A stretch of DNA of 64,000 nucleotides from the human T2T-CHM13v2.0 reference genome, Homo sapiens. The stretch is taken from assembly GCF_009914755.1 (NCBI RefSeq), contig NC_060930.1; one strand, written 5' to 3'. The notes below the pieces were generated by a model, which saw nothing but the letters and a program-made list of their open reading frames with translations, made no database searches and was not told the origin of the DNA. Below are positions 43,473 through 64,000 of this stretch, in pieces (positions within the stretch are counted from its first letter, which is position 1; each line of letters opens with the position of its first letter). The translations under genes and the position numbers were made by a program.

Positions 43473-43549
43473 AATGCTTCTTCTGAATTATCTTGTCATC
43501 CCATCAAAGGCCCAAGTTAACAAACCAGGCTACATCCCTAACCTAGGAG
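43473..43549 (+). pseudogene. ADGRF2: ADGRF2 downstream exon with presumed ancestral C-terminus NASSELSCHPIKGPS* (TAA 43518-43520), untranslated if the 40366 stop is used
   Basis: Acceptor tttgtcttcaacag and donor GAG|gtgagt. The frame continues from the previous exon (E|NAS), as recalled for the ADGRF4 C-terminus. Confidence 0.7.
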
Positions 43550-44029
43550 GTGAGTGCAAAGCAAGGGGTTCCCATATATGTCATATATGTGACATTTCTT
43601 TTAAAATTGCAATTTGATTAATTATAATTAGAAATGATTTTTTCTTCATTAAAAGGATTCTACTATACAGTCTATTCTCACCTAGCTATGGTTGGAAATA
43701 TATTCACACTTCAAATTCTTAAGCTACTGAAATTTTTTTTGTCCCTGAAAATTAAGCAGGCGTGTCTGAAAATGCTTTTAAATTAGCCTGGGTGATTTTT
43801 AGATGGGAGTGAGGAGAGCTGCCTGCTTTACTTAGCTGCTCCCTCTCTTCAATCTTCTCTCTAGTTCTCTATCCCAGGACATCCTATATGATATCAGCAG
43901 TATCCCCAGATTTCCCATTGTGGCCCCTTTCTTTTCCCTAGCCTGAAAAGATCAAGGTATTATGATAAATAATAGCTGTGAGAGGCCTCAGGGATGATGG
44001 AGACGTTTATTTACATTTGAGATCTCAGA

Positions 44030-44405
44030 GATAGACAAAGATATATAGAAAAATAGAAGTGGAGAAAGGAGCCACAGGGAGAAACAGAAATTCAGATACA
44101 CAAAGACAGAGGGACATGGTGGCTCACGACTAGAAGAGAGCCACCTAGACACAAGGACATGTGCAGACACAAGTCTTCCAATCCTGTGTCTCGATGTCCC
44201 TCTGGATCTAGAGACAGAAAAGAGAGGAAGACAGAGGAACCCACATCGAGATACCCACATTCATAGGGAGACAGAGACAGAGAGATGCATGGAGAGGATA
44301 AGAGATGCATTGGGAGATCCAGAGAAATGGAGAAAAAAAAAAAACCAGAGAGATGGACTCACAGAGACACATACAGCATGACAGAGACAGAAACAGAGAT
44401 AGATG
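44030..44405. repeat. Degenerate GA/GACA-rich low-complexity tract
   Basis: Recurring agagacagag/agacac units. Confidence 0.7.
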
Positions 44406-45868
44406 CACTCAGCTATGTAGAGAGGGCCTCCCACCCCTCATCCCAACACATCCAGGCTCCAGCAGCCTTTGTGGCTTTCTGTAGCAGTCCAGGGCCTTGT
44501 ATAAAAAGTGGGTCTTTTCCAAGAAGTGTTACACTGAAAAGGAGGTGGCCCAGCTTAGAGAAAGACAAGGTGTGTAATTCAGCATTTGTTGGCAACAGAA
44601 AAGACTGTTCTCTGGATTCCAAAGTGGCTTAAAGGGAGGAGACTCTCCATCGGCCATAAGGGATGTACCCAAATGGGCTCATTGTTCAAGACAGTGAGCT
44701 TATAATGCAGATGTTGTAAAGCCTATGAATCTTGCTACCTGTACATTAAAGCTGTGATCTTCTGTTCTTGACAAGGTTGTATATTTCAGGAATGGCAGAG
44801 CCCAAAGGAGAAATGTGCTCATTCCTGTCTTCTTGCTTCTGGAGAATATGTAGGAAGCTCACACATGTGGTGCTGATGGAGGAGGGCGTGATGTGCAGAA
44901 AGGATGAAAGGCTCCTCTGTCTAAGCTGTTCTGTGCTACTAAACATTTCTCGTCCATCAACTGTACATAGCTACATATATGTCATGCTGGGCAGCCACAG
45001 CAAACAAAAAGACAAAGGGGGCCACAACCGTGGTTTTTGTTGGGGCTTCCATCTCTATGCTGTTGGGTCACATTTGTCTTCAGAAAGCAACCTCTGTCTC
45101 ATCTTGGAAAAGGCGGCCTGAGATTTCACCTGGCTGGATTCTGTGTGTTGCTGAGGGAGGAGCCTCATGAATAGTCACAAAGAGTTGGGCTGACTCTAAG
45201 TAGGACATTGCAGATTATTTTTTTTTTTTCAAAAGGAATCCACTGCCAGTATATTCCACTTTTTCAAATTTAAATAGATTGGATTGTCAACTTGGTTTAG
45301 GCTTAGATACAACTTCCTTGGCCATGAACCAAGGGGAAAAGCATAGAGCTTTTGAGACAGAAAGATGACCATTTTCAGTTAAGGAGATGGAAGCCTGGAG
45401 TTGTGAGTCAATGCTAATCGAGGACTGAGCCAGAGGTAGAAACCCAAGTGTGCTGGCTCCCAGCCCTGTACTTCCTCTTCAAGACCATATAGACACTGAA
45501 AGATCTTCTGCCTACACTGACAATGTAAGGTCAATCCTCACCAACAATATGCTTTTTTGATACCTGGGATTGGAGAGAGGAAATATCACATTTCCAATTC
45601 AGAGCTGCTCTTTTTCTTAACCTGTATGTAAACAAATTCAACATTCAAACCAGGTGTTACCTGATAGAACAGTATTGTAGGTAGAAGCTCTTTGAGGAAA
45701 AAAAAAGCCTCTTTACAAAGCAAGGACATAGATGACTGCAGCAGCATCTAACTAGTGGATGAAGGCAAAGGGGCAATGGGCAGCCTTTAATTATCCCAAC
45801 AAGAAGTCAGTATTGATGACGTTTCATTACAAAGGAGAAAGTGGGGCTCACTTTAGGTATGAGTGCAG

Positions 45869-46017
45869 TCCCTTCCTTCCTTCCTTCCTTCCTTCCTTCC
45901 TTCCTTCCTTCCTTCCTTCCTTCCTTCCTTCTTCCCTCCCTCCCTCCCTCTCTCTCTCTCTTTCTCCCTTTCTCTTTCTTTCTTTTTTTCTCCCTCTCTC
46001 TCTTTCTTTCTTTCTTT
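45869..46017. repeat. (CCTT)n plus CT-rich microsatellite
   Basis: Direct reading. Confidence 0.96.
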
Positions 46018-48199
46018 GTTTCTTATTACAAATAATCTTCCTATAAGTAGGAAAGTTTGAGCAGACAAAAAGCATCAATCTGAAGTTAAAAAAAATGCAT
46101 CAACCTGGAGAAATAGTCATTTTTCAAATGGCATTGCTTATCTTGGGACAACAAAAGCATCCTTCACAAATAAAGTCAGAGAGTGGTTTTAATTTACCAT
46201 TTACCAATAGATTTGTATGTTCTTTTCAAGAGAAGGGGTGAGATAGACATAGTCCTCGTTTTCCTCAATGCAGGCTTAGGTACAAAGAGATGTCACTTAC
46301 CCAGAGTCCATATATTGAAGTGAAAATGGAATTTCATGAAGCAAATATAGTTATAGGATGGTAACTCTGGACAAATTTTATAAAAGATGAACTCCAATTG
46401 CCTCATTTCACAGATAACAGCTCTGAGCACTAGGGAGAGAGGGAGGGATTGGCCTAGCATTTGCTTTGTGTCTTGAGCAGTCACATCTATTATGGAAGTA
46501 CTCACTACTCAGCTATACTCACTCCCTGAGACAGGATGGTTGGAAAGAAACCCCACCTTAGCTTCATCATTAACCAAGAAACCCCAAGGATGCTTAGAGA
46601 AAAACTCTGGAATTATTTGGGAATTCCTGGAAGAAGCTATGCCCTCTCTCCTGCATCCCAAAGCCCACTCTACACCATCTTGAAAAATGTCAAGGAACCG
46701 CATGGATTAGGTTGACTCTGGATGACCCTGGGTAGAGACACATTCAGTTTCCTGCTGACACCGCACCAAGAAAGTGATTTGGTCAGGTGACTCTAGGAGA
46801 AATTGGTACTGATAGTATCCAAGGCAGATTTTTAAGTATCAGACTTAATACATAATGATTCTTGGGAAAGCCATTTAAATCCCTGAGACTTTAAGTGGAT
46901 AAATGTAGGTAAAGTAGTATAGTACTTGGCTCATAATAATTGCTCATTCAAATTCACATGTTAGTTTTAGTTGTTTTTTTTAAATTAGAGTCCTGTGAAT
47001 ACATGAACCCACCCACCCACATGCAAACACAAGCAAACACACAGCCATGACCCCATGCATAAGTTTGGCTGAAGACACCCTCATGGGAACTAGTTCACTG
47101 ACTTCCAAATTAAAGAGTTAAGCATTTGATTTGGTCTGTTCAACATTAGGGGTATCAGCCAGCAAAATCTGTTGAGCTTACCATTGAAAAATCCTTTCAT
47201 TCATTACTGTGGTCATAATACACAGTTACCTGGCCAGGAAAGAGTACACATCACAGGGATCTGCTCACTGCACGTGTGCCTGAGCTCTCCCTCACTTTCT
47301 GCCTTCTTCAAGAATTCTTCCCTGATTGGTCCAACCAGAAGCGCTGATTCTCCCCACCTGATTTCCTGTAATTTTATAATCTATGTCCTTCACTTTTGTG
47401 TTATATTGTTTATTTCCTTTTGGTCTTTTTGTGTGCATATGTATATGTTTTGGGGAATGGGGTATTCACTTTTGTTACTCACTGTGTTACTCACTTTTGT
47501 ATGCCCATAGTGCAGAGCATGGTGCCTTGTACATAGAGTATGTTCGGTAAATATGTGCAATAAAAAGTCCTTTGATTACACAATGGCTTGATATTGGCTT
47601 TTCCACTTCCCAAATGAGCCATTTCTTAACTACTGACCTAAATGGAGCTGACCCATTTCCATAAACAGCACCTCCTTGACCTTCATTGCTATAAAACCCA
47701 TAACAAAACTGCCTCCTCACTTACCTCTCCTTATTGTCCACATTTCTCCTGGAAATATCTAAATGAGGGTTTGCTTTAGATCTTTGGGGAAGGAAGGCCT
47801 GTGAGTAGACAACAGTAGAACTAGGATGTGTGGGACTGTTTGGTGGTTAGCAGAACAATGCAAACTGGCTCCCCTGTCCAAAGTCAAACCGTGTGCATTC
47901 CCCACAAGTGGACACAGTGTCTTCTGTGTCTGAATTACCACAGTCATGTAGTGGCTCAGTGAGAACTCCTTGTCCCGGTCATTACAAAAATAAAACAGAA
48001 ATCTCTCTGTTGCTAGGTTAGGAATTAGATCACAATTGATGCACCAGTTTATCAGCCAATTTCCTCCAAGTTCAACATCAGAACAGGCAAAAAAAAAAAA
48101 GTATCAGCCTTTAAAAATCATCAACAATAGTGGCATAACCTTGCATTTTATCACCCTCCTTCCAATTATCCCAGTGCAGCAGATGCAAGCAGAGTCTCA

Positions 48200-48340
48200 T
48201 GCAATCATCTGAGATAAGGATGAAGAACTGAAAGACAAACAAGTGACTCACTTTAATGGATTTGCTTCAGACAGGAGAAACCTGTAATTTCTCTTAGGCG
48301 TGCTTCATGGACCCATAGTGGAGTGAATCACAGACTTGCA
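48200..48340 (+). promoter_or_regulatory. Putative ADGRF4 proximal promoter
   Basis: AP-1 TGACTCA at 48244-48250, TGAATCA at 48324-48330 and GATA-like AGATAAG near 48210, in unique DNA just upstream of the candidate exon 1. Confidence 0.4.
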
Positions 48341-48581
48341 CAAGCCTTGAAACTGTGGGTAACTTTACAGTTCTCAGATCGGCTTCTCGCAACAGGCAGT
48401 CAGTTCTCACTGGGCCCCTTGGACTCCCATTTCAAAAATGGAGAAGACAGATCACAGCCACTGACCAGGGACCGTGGGAGGTGCCACGTGATGGTGAGGC
48501 ATCATGCTAGGGAGCTGAGCTCTGACCTTCCTGCTGGGTGATTCTCCACCTCTGGGCTGCTAGATCTACTTCCTGGATGCC
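48340..48581 (+). other. ADGRF4: ADGRF4 non-coding first exon (5' end approximate)
   Basis: Consensus donor GCC|gtgagt at 48582. The spliced join ggatgcc|gtgaagatcc is [14 protein letters not shown] the recalled GPR115 mRNA leader. AP-1 motif upstream. Confidence 0.6.
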
Positions 48582-49676
48582 GTGAGTAGATGTCCTACAC
48601 CAGCACCATTTTCCTGTTGAAGAAAGGCTTGTTTTTGCACATATTGCAGGAGGGGGAAATGCGTGATATATGATGGTATTTTCTGGAATGCTTGATTCTT
48701 CTGGAAACTTCTCTAACATGATTTAGAAATTGGCTAGCTCAAGGTTGGAGTATTTCCTAAGCCTCTTTTACGTTTGTTTTTCTTTAAGAGTTGTTTGTCA
48801 GGCTTTAATGGCTCACTCCTAGGAGTGAAAATGCAAAGTATCCTGTCAGGCAAATAAACTCACTGTCCCTGCATTGTCCCCTTGCTTGATAAATTTCAAT
48901 ACCTGTCTTTTAGACTGAATGTAAAGCTGGATGTTGTTTTAAAAGTGTTCTTTATTAGTTTCTTCTTTTAGGGAGCCTGAAAAAGCTATCATTGTATCAA
49001 TTTAAAAAAACATTTCTCCAGTTACTGCCAAACACGTTTTTGCAAAGGCATCTTCCCTTGTTTCAAGTGGCCAATTCTATGCTACTTGAAGGTCTATATT
49101 CCTTATACTCTGAAGACAGTTGTGAGAGCTCTAAAGTGTTGCATCATTAGGTGCTGTTTATTTGTTTGTTTGTTTGTTTTTCAGTGTCAGCACATCATGA
49201 GCTTTCTTCATGGACCAGAGGCAATTGCTGGGCCTATAAATTTCTTTAAAATTTTATAAGTATCAAGATAGTTGGTGAGATATCTAGATGTCTTCTAACT
49301 CTGAAATTGTCTTCCAACTCTGAAATTATGTGATTCTTGAAACCTATCAGAATCTGAATCCAGATTCCAATTTTTAGAAGAGATGCTGGGCTACAAACAG
49401 ATTGGCTGGAAGCCATCTAAAGTAGCTAAAGATGAGATGTTTCTGATTCTAATAGTTCTTTTCTATCTTTCTTTCCCCCAAGGCTCTATGTGAAGCATTT
49501 CTTCCATGGCAAGGGAGAACTCTAAGGGTAACTAAATAGATTCTGCTATGAGGGCAAGAGATACTGGGTCTTAAACACATAAACAACTCGTTTATCCATC
49601 TGATGTTATAATCAGAGTTCTAATTATACTACTGGAACAGAGGAAACAGACAGACAGTTATAGAATTAGGGGAACA

Positions 49677-49727
49677 ACACACACACACATACACACACAC
49701 ACACACAGACGACACACCCCCCCCCCC
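49677..49727. repeat. (CA)n plus poly-C
   Basis: Direct reading. Confidence 0.9.
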
Positions 49728-50940
49728 AAAATGTGGGTCACTTAACTCTTAGGTTCCTTGCCCTCTAGTTAACCTCTTTGGATTGGTTGTTCCCATCAGA
49801 CAATGGTCTGGCCTGGGAGTAAGAGGCGAATTGCCACCTTGAAGACTGGCAAAAAAGTGAGAAGAGGCACTCCCTCTCACCTTGTGGTACAGTTCCGGGG
49901 AGAGGAACCCTTTGGGAAAGTATTTCCTTGATTCACAAATATTCTTGGCCATTCACCTTAGGGTGTTTTGCATGAACAGGTTTGCGAGATCACACCTTCT
50001 GATGCATTCCTTCCTGACTGACTACACTTACAGTTCCCAGCTGACCTTTTAAAATTTTCTTTGGGAGTCCTGATGTCAGGCCGCACTCAGCGTGTTCAGA
50101 CGGGTAGGGAGTACTCAGTCTGTGTGAGTCATCCCCTACAATTCCATCTGGCATGTTTCAGAAAGAAGCTCCAGTACCCAGACAGACTCACTGTAGTTTT
50201 AAATTCCAACTCATTCAGAAAATCTGCTCCAGGTACAAGCAAGATGGGACAAATAGGAGATGGTGTTTCAGAACAGCTGGGGTCATCTGGGTCTGTCTGG
50301 AGAAATAGGGTTTTATTAGTTCTGACTTATGGAGACAGTGTGGAAAAAGACACATGCATTGTTATGACACCCTCTTGTGCCCATGGCGGACATCCCTAAC
50401 CTGGCATGGCATTATTTCCTGCTCAATTCTTTTTTCACATAAGGCTCCAGGCAGTACAATAAAGAGGAGGTCCACAGTAGGACTGGCATCTACTTAAGTC
50501 ACCAGGTTCCAAAATCATCTAGAGTTGCAAACGTGCTCACCTGACCCTCTGAGATAGAAAAGTTGCCTCATGATTTTAAAGCAAAAACTTCAGATGCTGA
50601 TGTCACTCTGCAGGAATCATTTCCCAATTCATTCACTTATACAACAAATGTTTACTGAGTGTCTATTCTGTATCTTATCCTCTGCTGGGTGCTGAGGATA
50701 GAGAAACATCAGGTGTTTACATTTTTTTGCCTATTTCACTAGGTGTGGCCTAATTTCTCTCAGGCTCTGTGGGGGAAGAGCACAAATTGTTGTGCTCTGT
50801 TGACCCATTGTGATTAGAATTTAGGCAGCGGTGTGAAAGTCGCTGATTACTGTAAACTTGATGGAGAGGTAGATCCTTAGACACATTCACCCTGGGACAA
50901 TCAGGTCTAGCTGTGTTTGCCTGTAACTCTCTGAGGCCAG

Positions 50941-50998
50941 CAAATGTTATTTTCTTTGTAATGACCAACAAATGTTATCTTTTTCTTTGTAATGACCA
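50941..50998. repeat. About 28-bp tandem duplication (caaatgttat..tttctttgtaatgacca x2)
   Basis: Copies start at 50941 and 50969. Confidence 0.85.
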
Positions 50999-51609
50999 TG
51001 TTAGAGCAGGGAGCCTGGCCTCCATTCAGCAGGCTTGAATTGCTTTTTAGTACTGTGTGAAAAACAAAGGTGAATTATAGTGGGTAATTAACACTTTTAT
51101 AATCATGCACAGAAAGAGGCGGGTTATGGAAGTGGAGGAGAAGGAACCTGCGACGTGACTTTTTCAGGTCCCAAGAAGCTGCCATTCTAGGTGGCTTAGT
51201 TGCTTTTATCTCTGAAATAAATCATCTTGCAGACACCTTGGGAAGGAGCTGTGGAGCTGCCCTTATTGGGTGACTAGTATAGCAATTGGAGGGAATTTAT
51301 AAATGACTAACCCTTTATTTACCTTCTTGCCACAGATAGCCTCAGGCAAGAGTTCTTTTGCTTCTTGTTTTCTCTTTCACTTTTTAATTCTTCATTTCTG
51401 AAACTGATTTCTTTCTTGTGGTCACCCAAGCTTTGCTGTGAATGACTTAAAGAGCTCCCATGAACATATCAGCACAGTGACGGGCATTAGATAGATGCCC
51501 AACAAATACATGTGTAGCCTAAGTCTGGATAGATTAATGTGTTTTCCTCCAAGATAACATATTGTGATGGAATAGCAGCTTGAAACTCCTCAAGGCATTT
51601 CTGATTACT

Positions 51610-51921
<312 letters not shown>

Positions 51922-53835
51922 TAGAATTTCTGATTATCAAGTGAATTGGTAAATCCTGGGTGAAACAGTTTTCTTACTACAAGGAATCTCAGAACCTTTG
52001 ATATGTGTTCATGCCTGTTTGTGTGTGTGTCTGTGTGTGTGTTGGGGGGAGTTGGGCAGTGGTGTTACCCATCGTTTCCCAAACTGATATGACCATGGAA
52101 CCCCTTTGGCTTTTATGAGACCAGTCTTCCACAGAAACCCATGTGAGGACACAAGGCCTTGGTCAAATACAGTAGACACAAAAGCCTCCGTTGTTTGCCT
52201 ACTAAAAGTAGAGCAGTCCCACTCCCCGAATTCAAAGAAAATTAGGTCAGTCTATACAAATGCCTTCAAGGTTAAATTTTTCTTCTGTTCCATTTTCTTT
52301 AACCTTTTTGTGCCTGCTACAAATGGTTGACAAACAAATGGTGGATAATATGCATCAACCTCAAACATAAATATGTCTTGTTCCAGCATTATTCTGTCAC
52401 AATTACTGCTTGCTGTTTTTGTTTCCCCTCACTGAGTACTAGAATCTTGATTTAAATGGAGACGTCTCTTCCCAACAAAGTGTTTTTCTGCCACCATACA
52501 CAGAGGGTTTATAAAGATAGAGAATATAAGAGAATACACAATTTTGTTGACAAACTGAACAGAATGTAGAACCAGAAGTCAATAAATGGAATAAAGGTAA
52601 TTTAAGGAGAATATGCCTGGAACAAGTCTGGATTCTCCACATAGGATAGGATCTAGCACTGGCTGTCCACTCTTTACCAGAAACTGGTATGTCCCTCACC
52701 TGGGTGAGTTAGCCCCCATCAGGCTCCCATATGAAAGCTTCTTCTTTAGGTACTGACCATGGTTTGCTTATATCCATCTGGACAATTCTCACTCTTCTTG
52801 TTACATTTAATTTAATATTTAGGTTTTGCATGCTTGTTCTTTTCTTTCCCTCATCCTTTCAGGAGACCACTCACTACATATAGACATGTGCTAGGTGCTG
52901 GAGAGATACTATATTTGTGTTTACTGAAACTTTTCAGTTTGGAATGTTGATAAACTCCAATTCACTTTAATTATTAATCTTTATCAGTGGTAGATCTAAG
53001 GATGTGTGTTTCCTCCTTTACATTCTATAAAATATCAACCATGGATGAATTAGGAGGATAAATTATGCTGCCAAAGCTTTTAATAAAATTTTAAATTCTT
53101 CATTCTCAGAACCCTTAAGCTCTTCTCTGCAGAGGACTCTGGCTTTTGGCCTTAGCTACATTTGAATTCTGAAAGGAGGGATCCCATTCGACCCTTTCTG
53201 GTGAGAAGAGAACCAACCAAATTAGGGCTAACCTGAAAATGTCTATCTAATCCATCGCTGCCAATCAAACTGGGCTAAAATAAAAATGCTATGATTCCTC
53301 TTGGGTAATGTCACTGAATATTCTCCCCCAACATTTGTAATATCGGAAGGAAATTTACTATATAAATTACCATCCCAAATGGTATATAGTTACATATGCC
53401 AGACTATAGAAACATGAATGATCAAGTAGCAAATTAATTAATCAAAACCCTTCAGCCATTTGTGCTTAGTTCAAATTCGTGTATTTTATGGTCACGCTTA
53501 TGATTTCATATTACATATATATTTTATGCTAGTAAAAGTTTTTATTTATGTACATATATGAAATGTATCATTATTCAATATTGTTCCACAAAGCATGATT
53601 TGCAGAAAATGTCATAGCTGTTGGATCCTTTACTCCCTGAACACGTTCAGGAGCTGTGTGCAGCTGGAGGCCTAGCACTAGTTGGAGAGACATTTTTAGA
53701 CTTCACAAATGACATCACATCATTATGCCAAATACTTTCTTTCAACAAGGTTAGCTCAAAACAAAACTCCTATATTAAAGGTAATGGACAGTAAGCATGA
53801 CCCTTCTCCTGAAGCCTCAGATAACAGGTGCTATT

Positions 53836-54113
53836 CTTTTTTTTTTTTTGAGACGGAGTTTTGCTCTTGTCGCCCAGGCTACAGTGCAATGGCATGACCT
53901 CAGCTCACTGCAACCTCCTCCTCCTGGGTTCAGGCGATTCTCCTACCTCCCAAGTAGCTAGGATTACAGATGCCCACCACCATGCCTCGCTAATTTTTGT
54001 ATTCTTAGTAGAGATGGGGTTTCACCACGTTGACCAGGCTGGTCTCGAACTCCTGACCTCAGGTCAGCCTCCCAAAGTGCTGGGATTACAGGGATGAGCC
54101 ACTGCACCCGGCA
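53836..54113 (-). mobile_element. AluS
   Basis: Reverse Alu, TSD caggtgctattcttt. Confidence 0.93.
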
Positions 54114-54681
54114 GCAGGTGCTATTCTTTACAAATGCCTCCCTTCGTCTCGCCTTCACCCATTTTAGTGCACATTTCTGACTATGATCTGAAATGTGGAG
54201 AGGAATTGGGTTTGCCTTCAGCATCGGTCCTATTATTTGGTCCTGAGAATAGGTTTCTTTTCTCCTTGACACACACACCCTGTGAAGAAGACTTCAGTAT
54301 AATTGTGAAGGCTAGCAAAGAGAAAGGATTAAAGTGATCACTTTAATGAGAGAAGTGAACAATCTTCAGCTTGATAATCAAAATGAATCTTATAGTCTGT
54401 ATCTGTTTTTCAAACTGCAGGTTACAATCCATTAGAGTCTTGTGAATTAAACTTAGTGGGTGACAACTAGTATTTGAGAGAATGTCAAATAGAATAGAGA
54501 AGAATGTAAGATAAAAATATTGGATATATCAGAGTTCTTGCTTGTAGGTAGCAAAGATAAGTATTTTTACATAAAAATCGTAAAGATAAAAATTATGCTT
54601 TTTTGGTTTTATGTATAGACACTGATATACATACATAGATACATATCTATGTATGTCTGTACATAGTGAGTCATAATATAA

Positions 54682-55009
<328 letters not shown>

Positions 55010-56275
55010 TGTCAAAAATTTTTGAAAGCCAAAGTCGTATATGTGAAACATATGGATACTTTTAAAACAATTTATACTGTTTCTTCTGGTACTTTCTTTA
55101 GTGATGATCAGTTAAGCATCTATCTTGGACAATATTCACATTGCAAATTGCTTAGGCCCATTCATCAATTTACGGCCTACATGGAGACTTCTTTCTACCC
55201 ACACTGTAAGATCATGAATTCCACATTCATAATCCCAGCTCCTATCAAATCTATTACCACACCTTGCCTGTCATGCTGCCATGTTCTCTTTCCTTTGCTC
55301 AGACTTGCTCTGCCAGATGATGTTGTAAATAAACACACCTTCCCCTCTGTTCATTGGTTAGAAACTTGAAACTCAAAGATAATTTGGAAGCATTCTTGTA
55401 AGTGCCTGTGGCTTGTCATCTCAGCTGAAGGCTCACTGGACCCAGGAAAGTCCATCTTATGCTTGACTCTACCCAGAAAGGGTCTGATGTCAGATCAGTG
55501 AGCTCTGTCGGCTCCCTGGTCACTGATTGCCTTATGAACCTAGTTGGATCAGGACCTAGGTCATCTCTACTGGATCATAAGGGAATTTATGTTTGCTGAG
55601 GATAGTCTTTGCCTGGTTGTGTTCACTGAATGTGATGTGTAGGTGATCTCTCTTCTCACTGTTGGTTTGACTTGTCTGTTACCCACTGAACATCTTTTAC
55701 AGGAAAAATAGCATCTTTTATTTCTGTATGCTGAGCATCTGGTACAATTTCTAGCAAATGAGTGACACTTGGTAAATGTTGGTTGATAGAATGAATGATC
55801 ATCTACATTTTATGAAATGGATGAAAAAATAGGCTAGTTCATCCATAGTAGACATCAGATTATAGTATAGTTCTTGCTGATTCTAAAATCAATGATCTTT
55901 TTATTTTGCTGCATCTGGATTTCCAGGAAAATCATTTTAAGGAACTTTATTGCCAATAAGGGGTCTGAATTGCCACTATCCCATATGAAAGTGTCATAGT
56001 AATGATCATGATGATGTTGATAAATCTCAACTGTTGTAAGGATTTTTTTTGAGATTTGGCTTTGAAAGGTAGAACTCTCAGGAAAAAGGCAAGAAACAGA
56101 GATATGGCAAAAGAATAGAGAGTTATCTTCCTGCGCATCTAGTTTCTCTGTATAGTAGTTTATCCATCTCTAAGAGGGAGTCTCAGAGCTTGCTCCGGTA
56201 GCAGACGGTTGGGTTTATTAATTTCACTTTAAGTTACTTGTCTCCATATGCCTAGACAGACAGTACACTATAGGA

Positions 56276-56475
56276 CAGTGGTTCTCAACTGGGGGAGGTC
56301 TTTTCCTCCAAGGGCACATTTGACAACAATTGAGGGCGGGTAGTGAGTGCTACTGGCATCTATTGGGCAGAGGCCAGGGATGCTGCTAAGCATCCTACAA
56401 TTCACAGGACAGCCCCCAACAGCAAAGAATTGTCCAATCCAGAATGTCAATAGCACCGTCACAGAGATATCCTGT
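56276..56475. mobile_element. MER20
   Basis: cagtggttctcaactggggg...tactggcatcta...gaggccagggatgctgctaa...aaagaattgtcc. Confidence 0.8.
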
Positions 56476-57028
56476 TACAGAGATGAAGAATGGCTGTCCA
56501 GCTGGATCATCTGGGTTGAACTCGTGGCTCTACCACTTTTTATCAGAGTGATGTTGGGCTCATAGTTGCTCAACTCTTTGTCCCTTATTTTCCCCAATGA
56601 TAAAATGAAGATAGTAATAGCATCTTACATCATAGGATTAAAGGAATTTATGCGAAGACAGTGCTTAGAAAAGTTATTGGCAAATAGATATTCTTGATAA
56701 ATATGACTATTAAATAAACTTGTTAATTAAATAATAAGGAATGATGCTTTGGTGAAACTACATCCATTCTGGTTCTTCCATCATTCTATCTTCTTCTGTA
56801 GAAAAGTTAACAGTTGAGAGAAATTATTTTCTTTCGTACATTTTAGCTGGCTTGAAAATAGATATTGGTGTGCTTTTCCAGGGCAGGCTGCTTTGGCATG
56901 ACTATCTCAGAGTATCTAGTGGGTTCACTAAGGGGTTGGTTAGCCGGATAAGTATTGTTAGTTGCGTGAAGTTGTCACCTTCAGGTGGGTATGCCTTCTT
57001 TCTCTATTGCAGGTGAAGATCCTCATGT

Positions 57029-64000
<6,972 letters not shown>

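Larger units (their letters stand above)
43878..47585 (+). other. ADGRF2: Candidate ADGRF2 terminal 3'UTR exon
   Basis: Strong acceptor ctctctagttctctatcccag ends at 43877. Candidate poly(A) signals are ATTAAA at 44745 and AATAAA at 47559. The extent is inferred. Confidence 0.4.

Noticed and set aside
45759-46078. Overlapping ORFs with PSFL/EGRK repeats
   Set aside because: Artefacts of the (CCTT)n microsatellite.

Overview
Primate genomic DNA (Alu-rich, almost certainly human, chr6p12 adhesion-GPCR cluster) carrying two tandem paralogous + strand genes. ADGRF2/GPR111 is essentially complete: signal-peptide exon at 23231, GAIN+7TM exon at 31075-32436 and tail exons to about 43549. The 5' part of ADGRF4/GPR115 follows: non-coding exon near 48.3-48.6 kb, ATG at 57029, and a large exon running off the window end. 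The rest is intronic or intergenic DNA with Alus, a near full-length Tigger1, MER/hAT elements, MIR/L1/L2/LTR fragments and microsatellites. The main observations are: (1) an in-frame TGA at 40366 inside an otherwise intact 60-nt ADGRF2 tail exon, which is predicted to trigger NMD but could be removed by in-frame exon skipping; (2) an exact 8 x 38-bp satellite-like array inserted inside Tigger1; (3) a six-cysteine module conserved with identical spacing between the two paralogs; (4) a dense uORF set ahead of ADGRF4. No prokaryotic-type systems are present. Repeat subfamily names and gene identities come from recognition, not database searches.
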